Below, piece after piece: positions 1 through 8,285 of a stretch of DNA of 24,817 nt; position 1 is the first letter of the stretch; every line of letters starts with the position of its first letter. The position numbers and the translations under genes are program-made. Origin of the DNA: a virus (Duplodnaviria; Caudoviricetes). The notes beneath the pieces are model-generated. The model did no database searches. It was given only the letters and a program-made list of their open reading frames with translations, and was not told the origin of the DNA. The stretch covers positions 1 through 24,817 of IMG/VR virus record IMGVR_UViG_3300047370_000075. One strand, given 5' to 3'.

Positions 1-65
1 GATCCCGTTTAAAATTAGTTAAGAAAAAGTTAGTGTTTGTTACACATTTTTTTACTACATAGGAC

Positions 66-71
66 TATAAT
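66..71 (+). promoter_or_regulatory. Possible -10 box (TATAAT) without a canonical -35
   Basis: Exact TATAAT 66-71 in an AT-rich intergenic stretch, 22 nt upstream of ATG 93. No TTGACA at 17 bp spacing. Confidence 0.4.
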
Positions 72-92
72 ACCTGTAGCAGAGTGTTACAT

Positions 93-317
93 ATGCTTGG
101 TGTCTACGTAGTAATCACCCTCGTCATTCTACTCGTTGCCTATGCTGGCGTCGAAGAGACGACGCGATTGTTTGTATACTTCGACCTGCAATTGCGCTAT
201 GCTTGGGTTAGGTTTAGGATGTATCTTATGCGCCGTAAGTTGGAACAACAACTTATCAAAGACCTACCAGATTATAACAAACTAATAAAGGAGTTACGTA
301 AAGATGACCGATCCTGA
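93..317 (+). CDS. Small hypothetical membrane-anchored protein
   Basis: The ORF track starts at GTG 84; the in-frame ATG at 93 is more likely. Hydrophobic N-terminus (LGVYVVITLVILLVAYAG) followed by a basic/charged tail. Overlaps the next ORF. Confidence 0.65.
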   Translation: MLGVYVVITLVILLVAYAGVEETTRLFVYFDLQLRYAWVRFRMYLMRRKLEQQLIKDLPDYNKLIKELRKDDRS

Positions 318-606
318 CAAGGAATTGTCTACTCTCAAACTAGAGAGGAAAGAATGCGAAAAGTGCGGTGCCACCTGGATTAATGGTACACATGTCTGGC
401 GTGGCACTGGGAATACATCTGACTCTAGTGAGCTTGACCTTGCTGGTCTTGTTTGCAACAAACTAGGGAACGAACAATGCATCAATCCAATGAAGGGTAT
501 GGATGGTGGTCAGACCTGGGAATACAGGGCAGGTTACATCGATGGCATGATCTCCGAGAAGAAAAAAACTATGGAAGATATGCGAGACAAGTTCGGTGAT
601 CTCTAA
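304..606 (+). CDS. Hypothetical Cys/His-containing protein (possibly metal-binding)
   Basis: 100 aa with CEKC, His and two further Cys (LVCN, QCINP). AAGGAG at 287-292 upstream. Its stop codon overlaps the late promoter of gp17. Confidence 0.75.
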   Translation: MTDPDKELSTLKLERKECEKCGATWINGTHVWRGTGNTSDSSELDLAGLVCNKLGNEQCINPMKGMDGGQTWEYRAGYIDGMISEKKKTMEDMRDKFGDL

Positions 607-609
607 ATA
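603..609 (+). promoter_or_regulatory. T4-like late promoter for gp17
   Basis: CTAAATA, a variant of T4 TATAAATA, 22 nt upstream of the gp17 ATG. Confidence 0.7.
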
Positions 610-631
610 CTAGTGGTGAACTAGTTTTCTT

Positions 632-2281
632 ATGGCATCCGATCAGATTTATCTTGGTAACCCGCTTCTAAAGAAAGCGAACGTCAAGCAAGACTTTACC
701 AAGGAACAAATTGAAGAGTACGTTAAGTGTCAGAAAGATCCTGTATACTTCACAAAGAACTATGTACAGATCGTCTCACTTGACGAGGGTCTGGTGCCAT
801 TCAAAATGTGGGACTTCCAAGAAGAACTAATCAGGAAGTTCCACACAAGTAGATTTAACATTGCGAAGCTGCCTCGACAGACTGGAAAGTCTACGACGGT
901 GGTTTCGTATTTGTTGCATTATGCGTTGTTTAATGACAGCGTTAACATTGGTATCCTCGCTAACAAAGCAAGTACAGCAAGGGATCTACTCGGTCGTCTG
1001 CAAACAGCATACGAGAACTTGCCCAAGTGGATTCAGCAAGGCGTGATATCATGGAACAAAGGATCCATGGAGTTAGAGAATGGCAGTAAGATATTGGCAG
1101 CTTCTACATCTGCGTCTGCTGTCCGAGGTATGTCGTTTAACATCATCTTCCTCGATGAGTTTGCGTTCGTTCCAAACCATATTGCAGAGTCCTTCTTTGC
1201 CTCTGTTTATCCTACTATTACTTCTGGTAAATCAACGAAGGTCATAATCATCTCTACCCCACAGGGTATGAACCACTTCTATAAGTTGTGGACTGATGCA
1301 CAGAATGGTAGGAATGGATATACCTGGCACGAGGTACACTGGTCACAGGTGCCTGGTAGGGATGAGAACTGGAAAGCAGAAACTATTAAGAACACGTCAG
1401 AGAGACAGTTCACCCAGGAGTTTGAATGTGAATTCCTGGGATCTGTTGACACATTAATCTCTGCCGCTAAACTACGAGCATTGGCATTTATAGATCCCAT
1501 TACTAGGAGTAAGGGACTTGACGTTTATGAAAAACCAACAGACAAAGCAGAATATATTATTACGGTGGATGTTAGTAGGGGTATTGGCGGAGACTATTCT
1601 GCTTTTATCATCTTCGACATTACTACAGTTCCATATAAGATAGTAGGAAAGTATCGGAACAACGAAATCAAACCGATGCTGTTCCCCAACGTTATCAATG
1701 ACGTTGCTCGGGCATATAATAATGCCTGGGTCTTGTGCGAGGTGAACGACGTGGGAGACTCTGTGGCGTCGATTCTAAATTATGACCTTGAGTATCCTAA
1801 CGTGCTTATGTGCGCCATGAGAGGGCGTGCAGGGCAGATTGTGGGACATGGATTCTCTGGATCTAAAACACAACTCGGTGTCAAGATGAGTGTCACCGTG
1901 AAGAAGGTTGGTTGTGCCAACCTCAAGCAGATTATTGAAGATGACAAACTCACTTTCAATGACTACGAAATTATATCAGAACTTACTACGTTCATTCAGA
2001 AGAAGCAATCCTTTGAAGCTGATGAAGGATTCCATGATGACCTAGTAATGTGTATGGTTATCTTTGCCTGGTTGGTTCAACAGGATTACTTCAAAGAACT
2101 AACCGACAATGATGTCAGAGCACGTATCTATAGTGAACAGAAGAATCAGATTGAACAGGACATGGCACCATTTGGTTTCATCACCACTGGTCTAGAAGGA
2201 GACGAGGGATTTGTAGACGATGGAACTGTCTGGGAATATGGAGATACCCAAGAAGATGTCTCATACATGTGGAGTATATAA
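632..2281 (+). CDS. gp17: Terminase large subunit gp17
   Basis: Walker A PRQTGKST, Walker B IIFLDEFAF, coupling motif ISTP, RNase H-like nuclease motifs VDVSRG and HDDLVM. Position upstream of gp18. Confidence 0.98.
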   Translation: MASDQIYLGNPLLKKANVKQDFTKEQIEEYVKCQKDPVYFTKNYVQIVSLDEGLVPFKMWDFQEELIRKFHTSRFNIAKLPRQTGKSTTVVSYLLHYALFNDSVNIGILANKASTARDLLGRLQTAYENLPKWIQQGVISWNKGSMELENGSKILAASTSASAVRGMSFNIIFLDEFAFVPNHIAESFFASVYPTITSGKSTKVIIISTPQGMNHFYKLWTDAQNGRNGYTWHEVHWSQVPGRDENWKAETIKNTSERQFTQEFECEFLGSVDTLISAAKLRALAFIDPITRSKGLDVYEKPTDKAEYIITVDVSRGIGGDYSAFIIFDITTVPYKIVGKYRNNEIKPMLFPNVINDVARAYNNAWVLCEVNDVGDSVASILNYDLEYPNVLMCAMRGRAGQIVGHGFSGSKTQLGVKMSVTVKKVGCANLKQIIEDDKLTFNDYEIISELTTFIQKKQSFEADEGFHDDLVMCMVIFAWLVQQDYFKELTDNDVRARIYSEQKNQIEQDMAPFGFITTGLEGDEGFVDDGTVWEYGDTQEDVSYMWSI

Positions 2282-2500
2282 ATGGATGTAGATGATCTGT
2301 TTGATTTAGATACTGTCCTGTTTCAACAGAGGCAATGTAGATCGTGTAAAAAAATTAAAGATCTTACCACAGACTTCTATAGATCTAGACCAGACAGGAC
2401 ATCATTGTCTGCGTGGTCCTATGAATGTAAGGAGTGTACCAAGAAAAGAGTGACGAGTAGGAAGCGTAATTTAAAGGAAGACATATACCCAGACTGGTAA
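2282..2500 (+). CDS. Small CxxC...CxxC zinc-finger protein
   Basis: 72 aa with CRSC and CKEC and a basic tail. ATG directly follows the gp17 TAA. Confidence 0.75.
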   Translation: MDVDDLFDLDTVLFQQRQCRSCKKIKDLTTDFYRSRPDRTSLSAWSYECKECTKKRVTSRKRNLKEDIYPDW

Positions 2501-2541
2501 AGGGTTCGTGCATGGTTTCCCCACTTGAAAGTTCCAAAAAT

Positions 2542-2548
2542 CTAAATA
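2542..2548 (+). promoter_or_regulatory. T4-like late promoter for gp18-gp19
   Basis: CTAAATA upstream of an AAGGAG RBS (2574-2579) and ATG 2586. Confidence 0.75.
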
Positions 2549-2585
2549 CCTATAGATCAAATTTGGTTTACTCAAGGAGAAAAAC

Positions 2586-5006
2586 ATGGCAAGTCAAGTC
2601 TCGCCTGGAATTGTTTTAAAAGAGCGTGACATTAGTAATGCTGTTGTTGTCGGTGCAAGCACTATTACTGCTGCACACGCATCAACTTTCCAAAAAGGAC
2701 CTATTGGAAAGGTCGTGAATATCGCGTCACAAAAAGAATTAATTTCAGTATTCGGTCAACCCACCGACTCTAACGCAGAAGATTTTTTCGTAGCATCTGA
2801 ATTCCTCGGATACGGCGGTCGCCTCGCAGTCGTTCGTGCTGCTACAAGCGTTAACAGTGCATCGGATGGTGGACAAGCAGTCCTAGTCAAGAATGACGAT
2901 GACTGGGAAGCAGGAAATGGAAATGGTAATCGCTACGTAGCAAGATCAGCAGGATCCTGGGGCAACTCCCTCAAGGTTGTCGCTGTTGACCGTGGTGCTG
3001 ACCAAATCGCAACCCTAACAGCAGCACCTGCTGGTCTGTCTATGGGCGATACAGTCACCTTCACTGGTGGTAAGAAAGCAGTTGTCTACAGCTGGAATTC
3101 CACAACTCTAGAAGCTGCACTCATCCTAGATGAGCCTACCAGCAGACTAACACCTTCTGACAGCATCGACTCTCCTGATACTGGAGTTGTCGCTAGCGTC
3201 GGAACGATCGTTGGTGGTACTGGATACAACAGCGCGACTGCTGTTGCTGTCTCTGGTGGTTCAGGTACTGGTGCTACAGTCAACATCACAGTCTCAACTG
3301 GTATTCCTCTCACCGTTGCTGGTGGTCAAGGTGGTACTGCATACATCAATGCTACCGCTCAAGGAACTACTGGTGGTACTGGTACTGGTTTGACGGTTGA
3401 CATCACCACTTCTGCTGGTGCAGTTACATCGATTGCAATCGCTAACCCTGGAACTGGTTACACCGTAGGCGACACTATCACCATTGCTGGTGGCGGATCC
3501 GATGCAACCTTCGCTATCGCTACTGTTCAAGGTACTGTCGGCGCAATCGCAATTGCTGCTGGTGGTTCTGGATACGTTGCTGGTGAAGTCCTCACCGTTG
3601 GTGGTGGCAACGGAGATGCAACTTTTGAAGTTGCTACCGTAACCGATACTGCAATCACAATCTCTGCAGTCAAAGATTGGTACACCAATACAATCATCCC
3701 TGGCACTGGTCTTCCCCTCGGTGCTATCGGTCCTCGTCCTGGATCATCTGCATTCGCTGTAGAATCTGGTGTTGAGTATGACGAAGTTCACTTCGCAGTT
3801 ATCGATACCGATGGTGCAGTCAGTGGTTCTGCTAACACAATCCTTGAGAGAATCCTTTATGTCTCCAAGTTGAGCGACGGCAGAAGCTCCGAAGGCGCTG
3901 CTAACTTCTACAGAGACATCATTGCTGAACAGTCTTCGTTCTTCTTTAACGGAACTGCTCCTGCTGCTGGTTGGAATCCTTCCACCGATGGTGTTGGTCA
4001 GGCACTAGACCTTGCAGGTTCTGCCATCAGTGGCAAGATGCAACTTCTAGGATTGAACGCTGTCGATCTTTCTGGTGGTGCAGATGATTACAACTACACT
4101 CCTGCAGAAATCGAGAACGCATTCGATGAGTTCGCTGACACAGAACTAGTTCCTAACCTGAACTTTGTTCTCATGGGCGGATCACTCGCTACAGAACTCG
4201 ACACCAAAGCAAAAGCAAACAAAGTTATTGCAATTGCTGCTGGTAGAAAGGACTGTATTGCTTTCGTTTCTCCTCACAAGACAAACCAAGTTGGCACCAA
4301 TGGTTCACTAACCAGCCAACAGCAAAGAGAGAACACTCTCAACTTCTTTAACGGCATGACTTCCACGTCCTATGCTGTTTTCGATAGCGGTTACAAGTAT
4401 TTCTACGACCGCTTCAACGATAAGTATCGCTACATCCCTTGCAACGGAGACATCGCTGGTCTCTGCGTTAACACATCGGCTCTGCTCGATGACTGGTATT
4501 CCCCTGCTGGTCTGAACAGAGGTTCGCTACGTAACGCTATCAAACTAGCATACAATCCTAGCAAAGCAGATAGAGACGAACTCTACCAGAACAGAATCAA
4601 CCCTGTTGTTGTATTCCCTGGCAGTGGCGTCACTCTGTTTGGCGACAAGACTGCACTCGCATCTCCTTCCTCCTTCGATCGTATCAACGTTCGTCGCCTC
4701 TTCCTCAATGTTGAGAGAAGAATTGGTGGACTTGCCAAGGCAGTGCTATTTGAACAAAACGACGCGACAACACGTTCTTCCTTCCTCACGGCAGCAACTA
4801 GCTACCTTGCTGAAGTACAAGCACGTCGCGGCGTAACTGATTTCCTTGTGGTATGTGATGAATCAAACAACACCCCCGACGTTGTTGACCGTAACGAGTT
4901 TGTTGCAGAACTATTCATGAAACCAACCCGTTCCATCAACTACATCACCGTAACGTTTACTGCAACGAAGACTGGGGTTTCGTTCGCTGAAGTAATCGGT
5001 AACTGA
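2586..5006 (+). CDS. gp18: Tail sheath protein gp18 with an inserted Gly/Thr-rich repeat region
   Basis: N-terminal SPGIVLKERD and FQKGP; C-terminal WYSPAGLNRG, FDRINVRRLF and KPTRSINYI, typical of T4-type sheaths. 806 aa. Confidence 0.98.
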   Translation: MASQVSPGIVLKERDISNAVVVGASTITAAHASTFQKGPIGKVVNIASQKELISVFGQPTDSNAEDFFVASEFLGYGGRLAVVRAATSVNSASDGGQAVLVKNDDDWEAGNGNGNRYVARSAGSWGNSLKVVAVDRGADQIATLTAAPAGLSMGDTVTFTGGKKAVVYSWNSTTLEAALILDEPTSRLTPSDSIDSPDTGVVASVGTIVGGTGYNSATAVAVSGGSGTGATVNITVSTGIPLTVAGGQGGTAYINATAQGTTGGTGTGLTVDITTSAGAVTSIAIANPGTGYTVGDTITIAGGGSDATFAIATVQGTVGAIAIAAGGSGYVAGEVLTVGGGNGDATFEVATVTDTAITISAVKDWYTNTIIPGTGLPLGAIGPRPGSSAFAVESGVEYDEVHFAVIDTDGAVSGSANTILERILYVSKLSDGRSSEGAANFYRDIIAEQSSFFFNGTAPAAGWNPSTDGVGQALDLAGSAISGKMQLLGLNAVDLSGGADDYNYTPAEIENAFDEFADTELVPNLNFVLMGGSLATELDTKAKANKVIAIAAGRKDCIAFVSPHKTNQVGTNGSLTSQQQRENTLNFFNGMTSTSYAVFDSGYKYFYDRFNDKYRYIPCNGDIAGLCVNTSALLDDWYSPAGLNRGSLRNAIKLAYNPSKADRDELYQNRINPVVVFPGSGVTLFGDKTALASPSSFDRINVRRLFLNVERRIGGLAKAVLFEQNDATTRSSFLTAATSYLAEVQARRGVTDFLVVCDESNNTPDVVDRNEFVAELFMKPTRSINYITVTFTATKTGVSFAEVIGN
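3183..3641 (+). repeat. Four 38-39 aa GxGY-type beta-repeat units in gp18, arranged A-A-B-B
   Basis: Units 3183-3296 and 3297-3413 share GGTxY..AT....GG.GTG.TV.IT.S. Units 3414-3527 and 3528-3641 share G.V..IAIA..G.GY..G...T..GG..DATF..ATV. Confidence 0.85.
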
Positions 5007-5034
5007 TAACCCAAAAAAGGAAAGGTAAACACAA

Positions 5035-5637
5035 ATGGCAAACATCTCAAGTTTCTTAAGTAAAATTGGTGAAGGCGTCAAGCCTAATATGTTCAGTGTC
5101 GAGATCCCGTTCCCAGCGGGACTCGATAACGAACCAACTGCAAACAGCGAAGATCAGAAACTGGTCAACCTTCTTTGCAAATCCACTGCACTTCCTGCAT
5201 CCAACCTGGGTGTAATCGAAGTTCCTTTCAGAGGAAGAACTGTCAAGATCGCTGGTGATCGCACATTCGACACCTGGTCTGCAACGTTCTTCAACGATAA
5301 GGACATGAAGGTTCGTGGTTTCTTCGAGCAATGGTTGGAGTCTATCAACACTCACGAGGCAAACAATGCTCCATTGTTCCAGCCTAGTGCAACTGATGGA
5401 TACATGCAGAACATGAAGGTACACCAACTCCGTAAGGACGAGGCACAACCAGAATCACCCAACAAACTACGTTCTTACGAACTGTACTTTGCTTTCCCAA
5501 CTAGCATCTCCCAGATCGACCTTGCTTATGACAGCAACGATCAGATCGAAGAGTTCACAGTTGAGTTCCAGTATTCTTACTGGAAGGCACTCAAGGGTGG
5601 TACAACTGGTTCTTCCCAGATCGAGATCAAGAAGTGA
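5035..5637 (+). CDS. gp19: Tail tube protein gp19
   Basis: LPASNLGVIEVPFRGRTVKIAGDRTFDTW and IEEFTVEFQYSYW motifs. Position between sheath and portal. Confidence 0.97.
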   Translation: MANISSFLSKIGEGVKPNMFSVEIPFPAGLDNEPTANSEDQKLVNLLCKSTALPASNLGVIEVPFRGRTVKIAGDRTFDTWSATFFNDKDMKVRGFFEQWLESINTHEANNAPLFQPSATDGYMQNMKVHQLRKDEAQPESPNKLRSYELYFAFPTSISQIDLAYDSNDQIEEFTVEFQYSYWKALKGGTTGSSQIEIKK

Positions 5638-5650
5638 TCTTTCTGACCTG

Positions 5651-5657
5651 ATAAATA
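5651..5657 (+). promoter_or_regulatory. T4-like late promoter for portal gp20, enclosed in an inverted repeat
   Basis: ATAAATA flanked by ACCTGAT (5646-5652) and ATCAGGT (5662-5668). Confidence 0.75.
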
Positions 5658-5688
5658 GTTCATCAGGTAATTTAGAGATCAATAGATC

Positions 5689-7386
5689 ATGAGTCAACTG
5701 TTTGGTTTTTTAATCAAAGATGGCGGGGGGAGCAAGGGTCAATCTCCTGTTCCCCCTAATAGTGATGACAGCGTAGCCACCGTAGCAGGTGGCTATTTTG
5801 GTACTTACGTAGATGTAGAAGGCGTCTCGAAAAACGAGTACGAACTACTTAAGCGATATAGAGACATGTCGCTACACCCAGAAGTAGACACTGCCATTGA
5901 TGAAATTGTAAATGAGTTTGTTGTCAGCGATGCAGATGATGCACCCGTTGAGATCGAACTATCAAATCTTCAGATGGGTGCTGGAGTAAAGAAAAAGATT
6001 AGAGATGAGTTCGACCACATCTTAAAGATGTTGAACTTCGACAAGAACGCTCATCAGATCATTCGTAATTGGTATGTGGATGGTAGGGTATATTACCACA
6101 AGGTCATCGATCTTGAAAACCCCAAAGCAGGTATCCTAGAACTACGAAACATTGATGCAGTCAAGATTCGTAAGGTTCGTCAAAAGATTCAAGACCCAAG
6201 AGTTGCATCAGATCCTCAAGCAGTCAAAGGTACTGCGTTGCAATATGATTGGGGCAATTACGTAGAGTATTACATCTACCAACCCAAGGGTTTCTCTGGT
6301 TCGATGTCGATGCCACACAACAGTGCATCAGACTTCGCAACCAATAACGGAATCAAGATTGCATCCGACTCCATCGCTACCGTCAACTCGGGTGTGATGG
6401 ATCTGAACAAGAAGTACAGTCTCTCCTTCTTACACAAAGCAATCAAGTCTCTCAATCAGCTTCGTATGATTGAAGACTCTCTGGTCATCTACCGTTTGTC
6501 CAGAGCACCCGAACGCAGAATCTTTTACATCGATGTTGGTAATCTTCCTAAAGTCAAGGCAGAACAATACCTCCGTGATGTCATGGCACGTTATCGTAAT
6601 AAGTTGGTTTACGATGCTTCGACGGGAGAGATCAGAGATGATAAAAAGCACATGAGTATGCTGGAAGATTTCTGGTTACCTCGCCGCGAAGGTGGTAGAG
6701 GCACAGAGATCTCCACACTACCTGGTGGTCAGAACCTAGGTGAACTCAAGGACGTTGAGTATTTCAAAAAGAAACTATACAACTCCCTGAACTTGCCACC
6801 CTCTCGTCTCACTGACGACAACAAAGCATTCAACCTAGGCAAGTCTACAGAGATCCTACGTGATGAACTGAAGTTCAGTAAGTTCATCGGTCGTCTTCGC
6901 AAGCGTTTCTCACGTTTGTTCCACGACATTCTCAAGACTCAACTTATCCTCAAGGGTGTCATCGCTCCTGAAGATTGGGAGGACATGGAAGAGCATATCC
7001 AATATGACTTCCTGTTTGACAATCACTTCAATGAATTGAAGCAACAGGAGATGATGATGCAGCGCGTCACTCTCGTTACCCAGATGGATCCTTTCGTTGG
7101 AAAGTATTTCTCTACCGAGTACATCCGTCGTCAGGTTCTCATGCAGACCGAGAAGGAGTACAAGGAGATTGACAAGCAGATGTCATCTGACATTGACAGT
7201 GGCATGGCAATCGATCCAGTCGATGTCAATTCTCTAGAGATGATGAACCAGCAGAACACTGCCTTCGCTCCAGAAATTGCAGCGCAACAGGCAGACGATG
7301 CTGGCGAAAGAGAACTAGAGAAAGCAAAGGAAATGGAGAAGTTGAAACCTGCTCCCGCGCCTGCAAAACCTAAAGCTGATAAATAA
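5689..7386 (+). CDS. gp20: Portal vertex protein gp20
   Basis: YRLSRAPERRIFYIDVGNLPK and EDFWLPRREGGRGTEI motifs characteristic of T4-like g20. Confidence 0.99.
   Translation: MSQLFGFLIKDGGGSKGQSPVPPNSDDSVATVAGGYFGTYVDVEGVSKNEYELLKRYRDMSLHPEVDTAIDEIVNEFVVSDADDAPVEIELSNLQMGAGVKKKIRDEFDHILKMLNFDKNAHQIIRNWYVDGRVYYHKVIDLENPKAGILELRNIDAVKIRKVRQKIQDPRVASDPQAVKGTALQYDWGNYVEYYIYQPKGFSGSMSMPHNSASDFATNNGIKIASDSIATVNSGVMDLNKKYSLSFLHKAIKSLNQLRMIEDSLVIYRLSRAPERRIFYIDVGNLPKVKAEQYLRDVMARYRNKLVYDASTGEIRDDKKHMSMLEDFWLPRREGGRGTEISTLPGGQNLGELKDVEYFKKKLYNSLNLPPSRLTDDNKAFNLGKSTEILRDELKFSKFIGRLRKRFSRLFHDILKTQLILKGVIAPEDWEDMEEHIQYDFLFDNHFNELKQQEMMMQRVTLVTQMDPFVGKYFSTEYIRRQVLMQTEKEYKEIDKQMSSDIDSGMAIDPVDVNSLEMMNQQNTAFAPEIAAQQADDAGERELEKAKEMEKLKPAPAPAKPKADK
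7379..7385 (+). promoter_or_regulatory. T4-like late promoter overlapping the gp20 stop
   Basis: ATAAATA followed by a small hairpin TAATC-tctt-GATTA (7391-7404). Confidence 0.65.
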
Positions 7387-7408
7387 AATATAATCTCTTG
7401 ATTACACT

Positions 7409-7594
7409 ATGGATACACCACTAGAGTCTGAACTCGTTGACATTGTTGATTTGATTGCTGACAAGAAGCGTGGCGAAGCGTTAGATAAAATTAACGATTA
7501 TCTATACGGCAAAGCACAGGACGTGATTGATCAGTACAAGCAGAGTGTAGCTTCTAGCTACTTTGATGAACCTACAGATACTCCAGAAGAATGA
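7409..7594 (+). CDS. Small acidic protein at the position of T4 prohead core genes gp67/gp68
   Basis: 61 aa, acidic, ATGA overlap with gp21. Function is inferred from synteny only. Confidence 0.75.
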   Translation: MDTPLESELVDIVDLIADKKRGEALDKINDYLYGKAQDVIDQYKQSVASSYFDEPTDTPEE

Positions 7595-8235
7595 AACTCA
7601 TTACAGAAAACATTGAGGAGGTCAAACTTTTGACCGAAGAAAAAGACGGTCAGAAGCACCTCTACATTGAGGGTGTATTCCTCCAGTCGGAAGTAAAAAA
7701 CCGTAACGGAAGAGTCTATCCATTTTCTGTTCTGGAAAAAGAAGTAGGTCGTTACAACGAAGAGTACGTAACCAAAGGTCGTGCTCTAGGAGAACTCGGT
7801 CACCCCGATGGTCCCACTGTAAACCTTGATCGTGTATCCCACAGGATCATGTCACTCAAGGCAGAGGGAAATAACTTCGTAGGTAAGGCACGAATTCTCG
7901 ACACACCAATGGGCAACATTGCCAAGTCTCTCCTTGGTGAGGGTGTGAAACTTGGTGTTTCTTCTCGCGGCATGGGTAGCATTGATAGGCGTGAAAACGC
8001 CAACTATGTTATGGATGACTTTATGCTCGCGACTGCAGCAGACATTGTTGCAGATCCTTCCGCTCCTGATGCATTTGTAAACGGCATTATGGAAGGTAAG
8101 GAATGGGTATGGGACAACGGACTCCTAAAGGAGAAAACTGTGTCTAAATACCAGGGATACATTAGTGAATCATCCAAAAAAGATTTGGAAGAGAGGACCC
8201 TACAGGTCTTTGAACACTTCCTGTCAAATCTCTAA
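7591..8235 (+). CDS. gp21: Prohead protease gp21
   Basis: KNRNGRVYP, GELGHP (catalytic His), GVSSRG (catalytic Ser), DIVADPS. Confidence 0.98.
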   Translation: MKLITENIEEVKLLTEEKDGQKHLYIEGVFLQSEVKNRNGRVYPFSVLEKEVGRYNEEYVTKGRALGELGHPDGPTVNLDRVSHRIMSLKAEGNNFVGKARILDTPMGNIAKSLLGEGVKLGVSSRGMGSIDRRENANYVMDDFMLATAADIVADPSAPDAFVNGIMEGKEWVWDNGLLKEKTVSKYQGYISESSKKDLEERTLQVFEHFLSNL

Positions 8236-8238
8236 TTT

Positions 8239-8246
8239 AATAAATA
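8239..8246 (+). promoter_or_regulatory. T4-like late promoter for gp22-gp23
   Basis: AATAAATA upstream of an AAGGGG RBS and ATG 8286. Confidence 0.75.
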
Positions 8247-8285
8247 ATCATAGAAATAGCTATAGAAATTCAAGGGGAAACTCAA

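Noticed and set aside
76-90. Possible NtcA box GTA...TAC
   Set aside because: Spacing is 9 nt, not the required GTA-N8-TAC.
3183-3641. gp18 insertion as an intein, intron or mobile element
   Set aside because: In-frame, with no intein splice residues or endonuclease motifs; it is a structural beta-repeat.
8144-8150. CTAAATA inside gp21
   Set aside because: A better-placed intergenic late promoter lies at 8239, and this one has no independent support.
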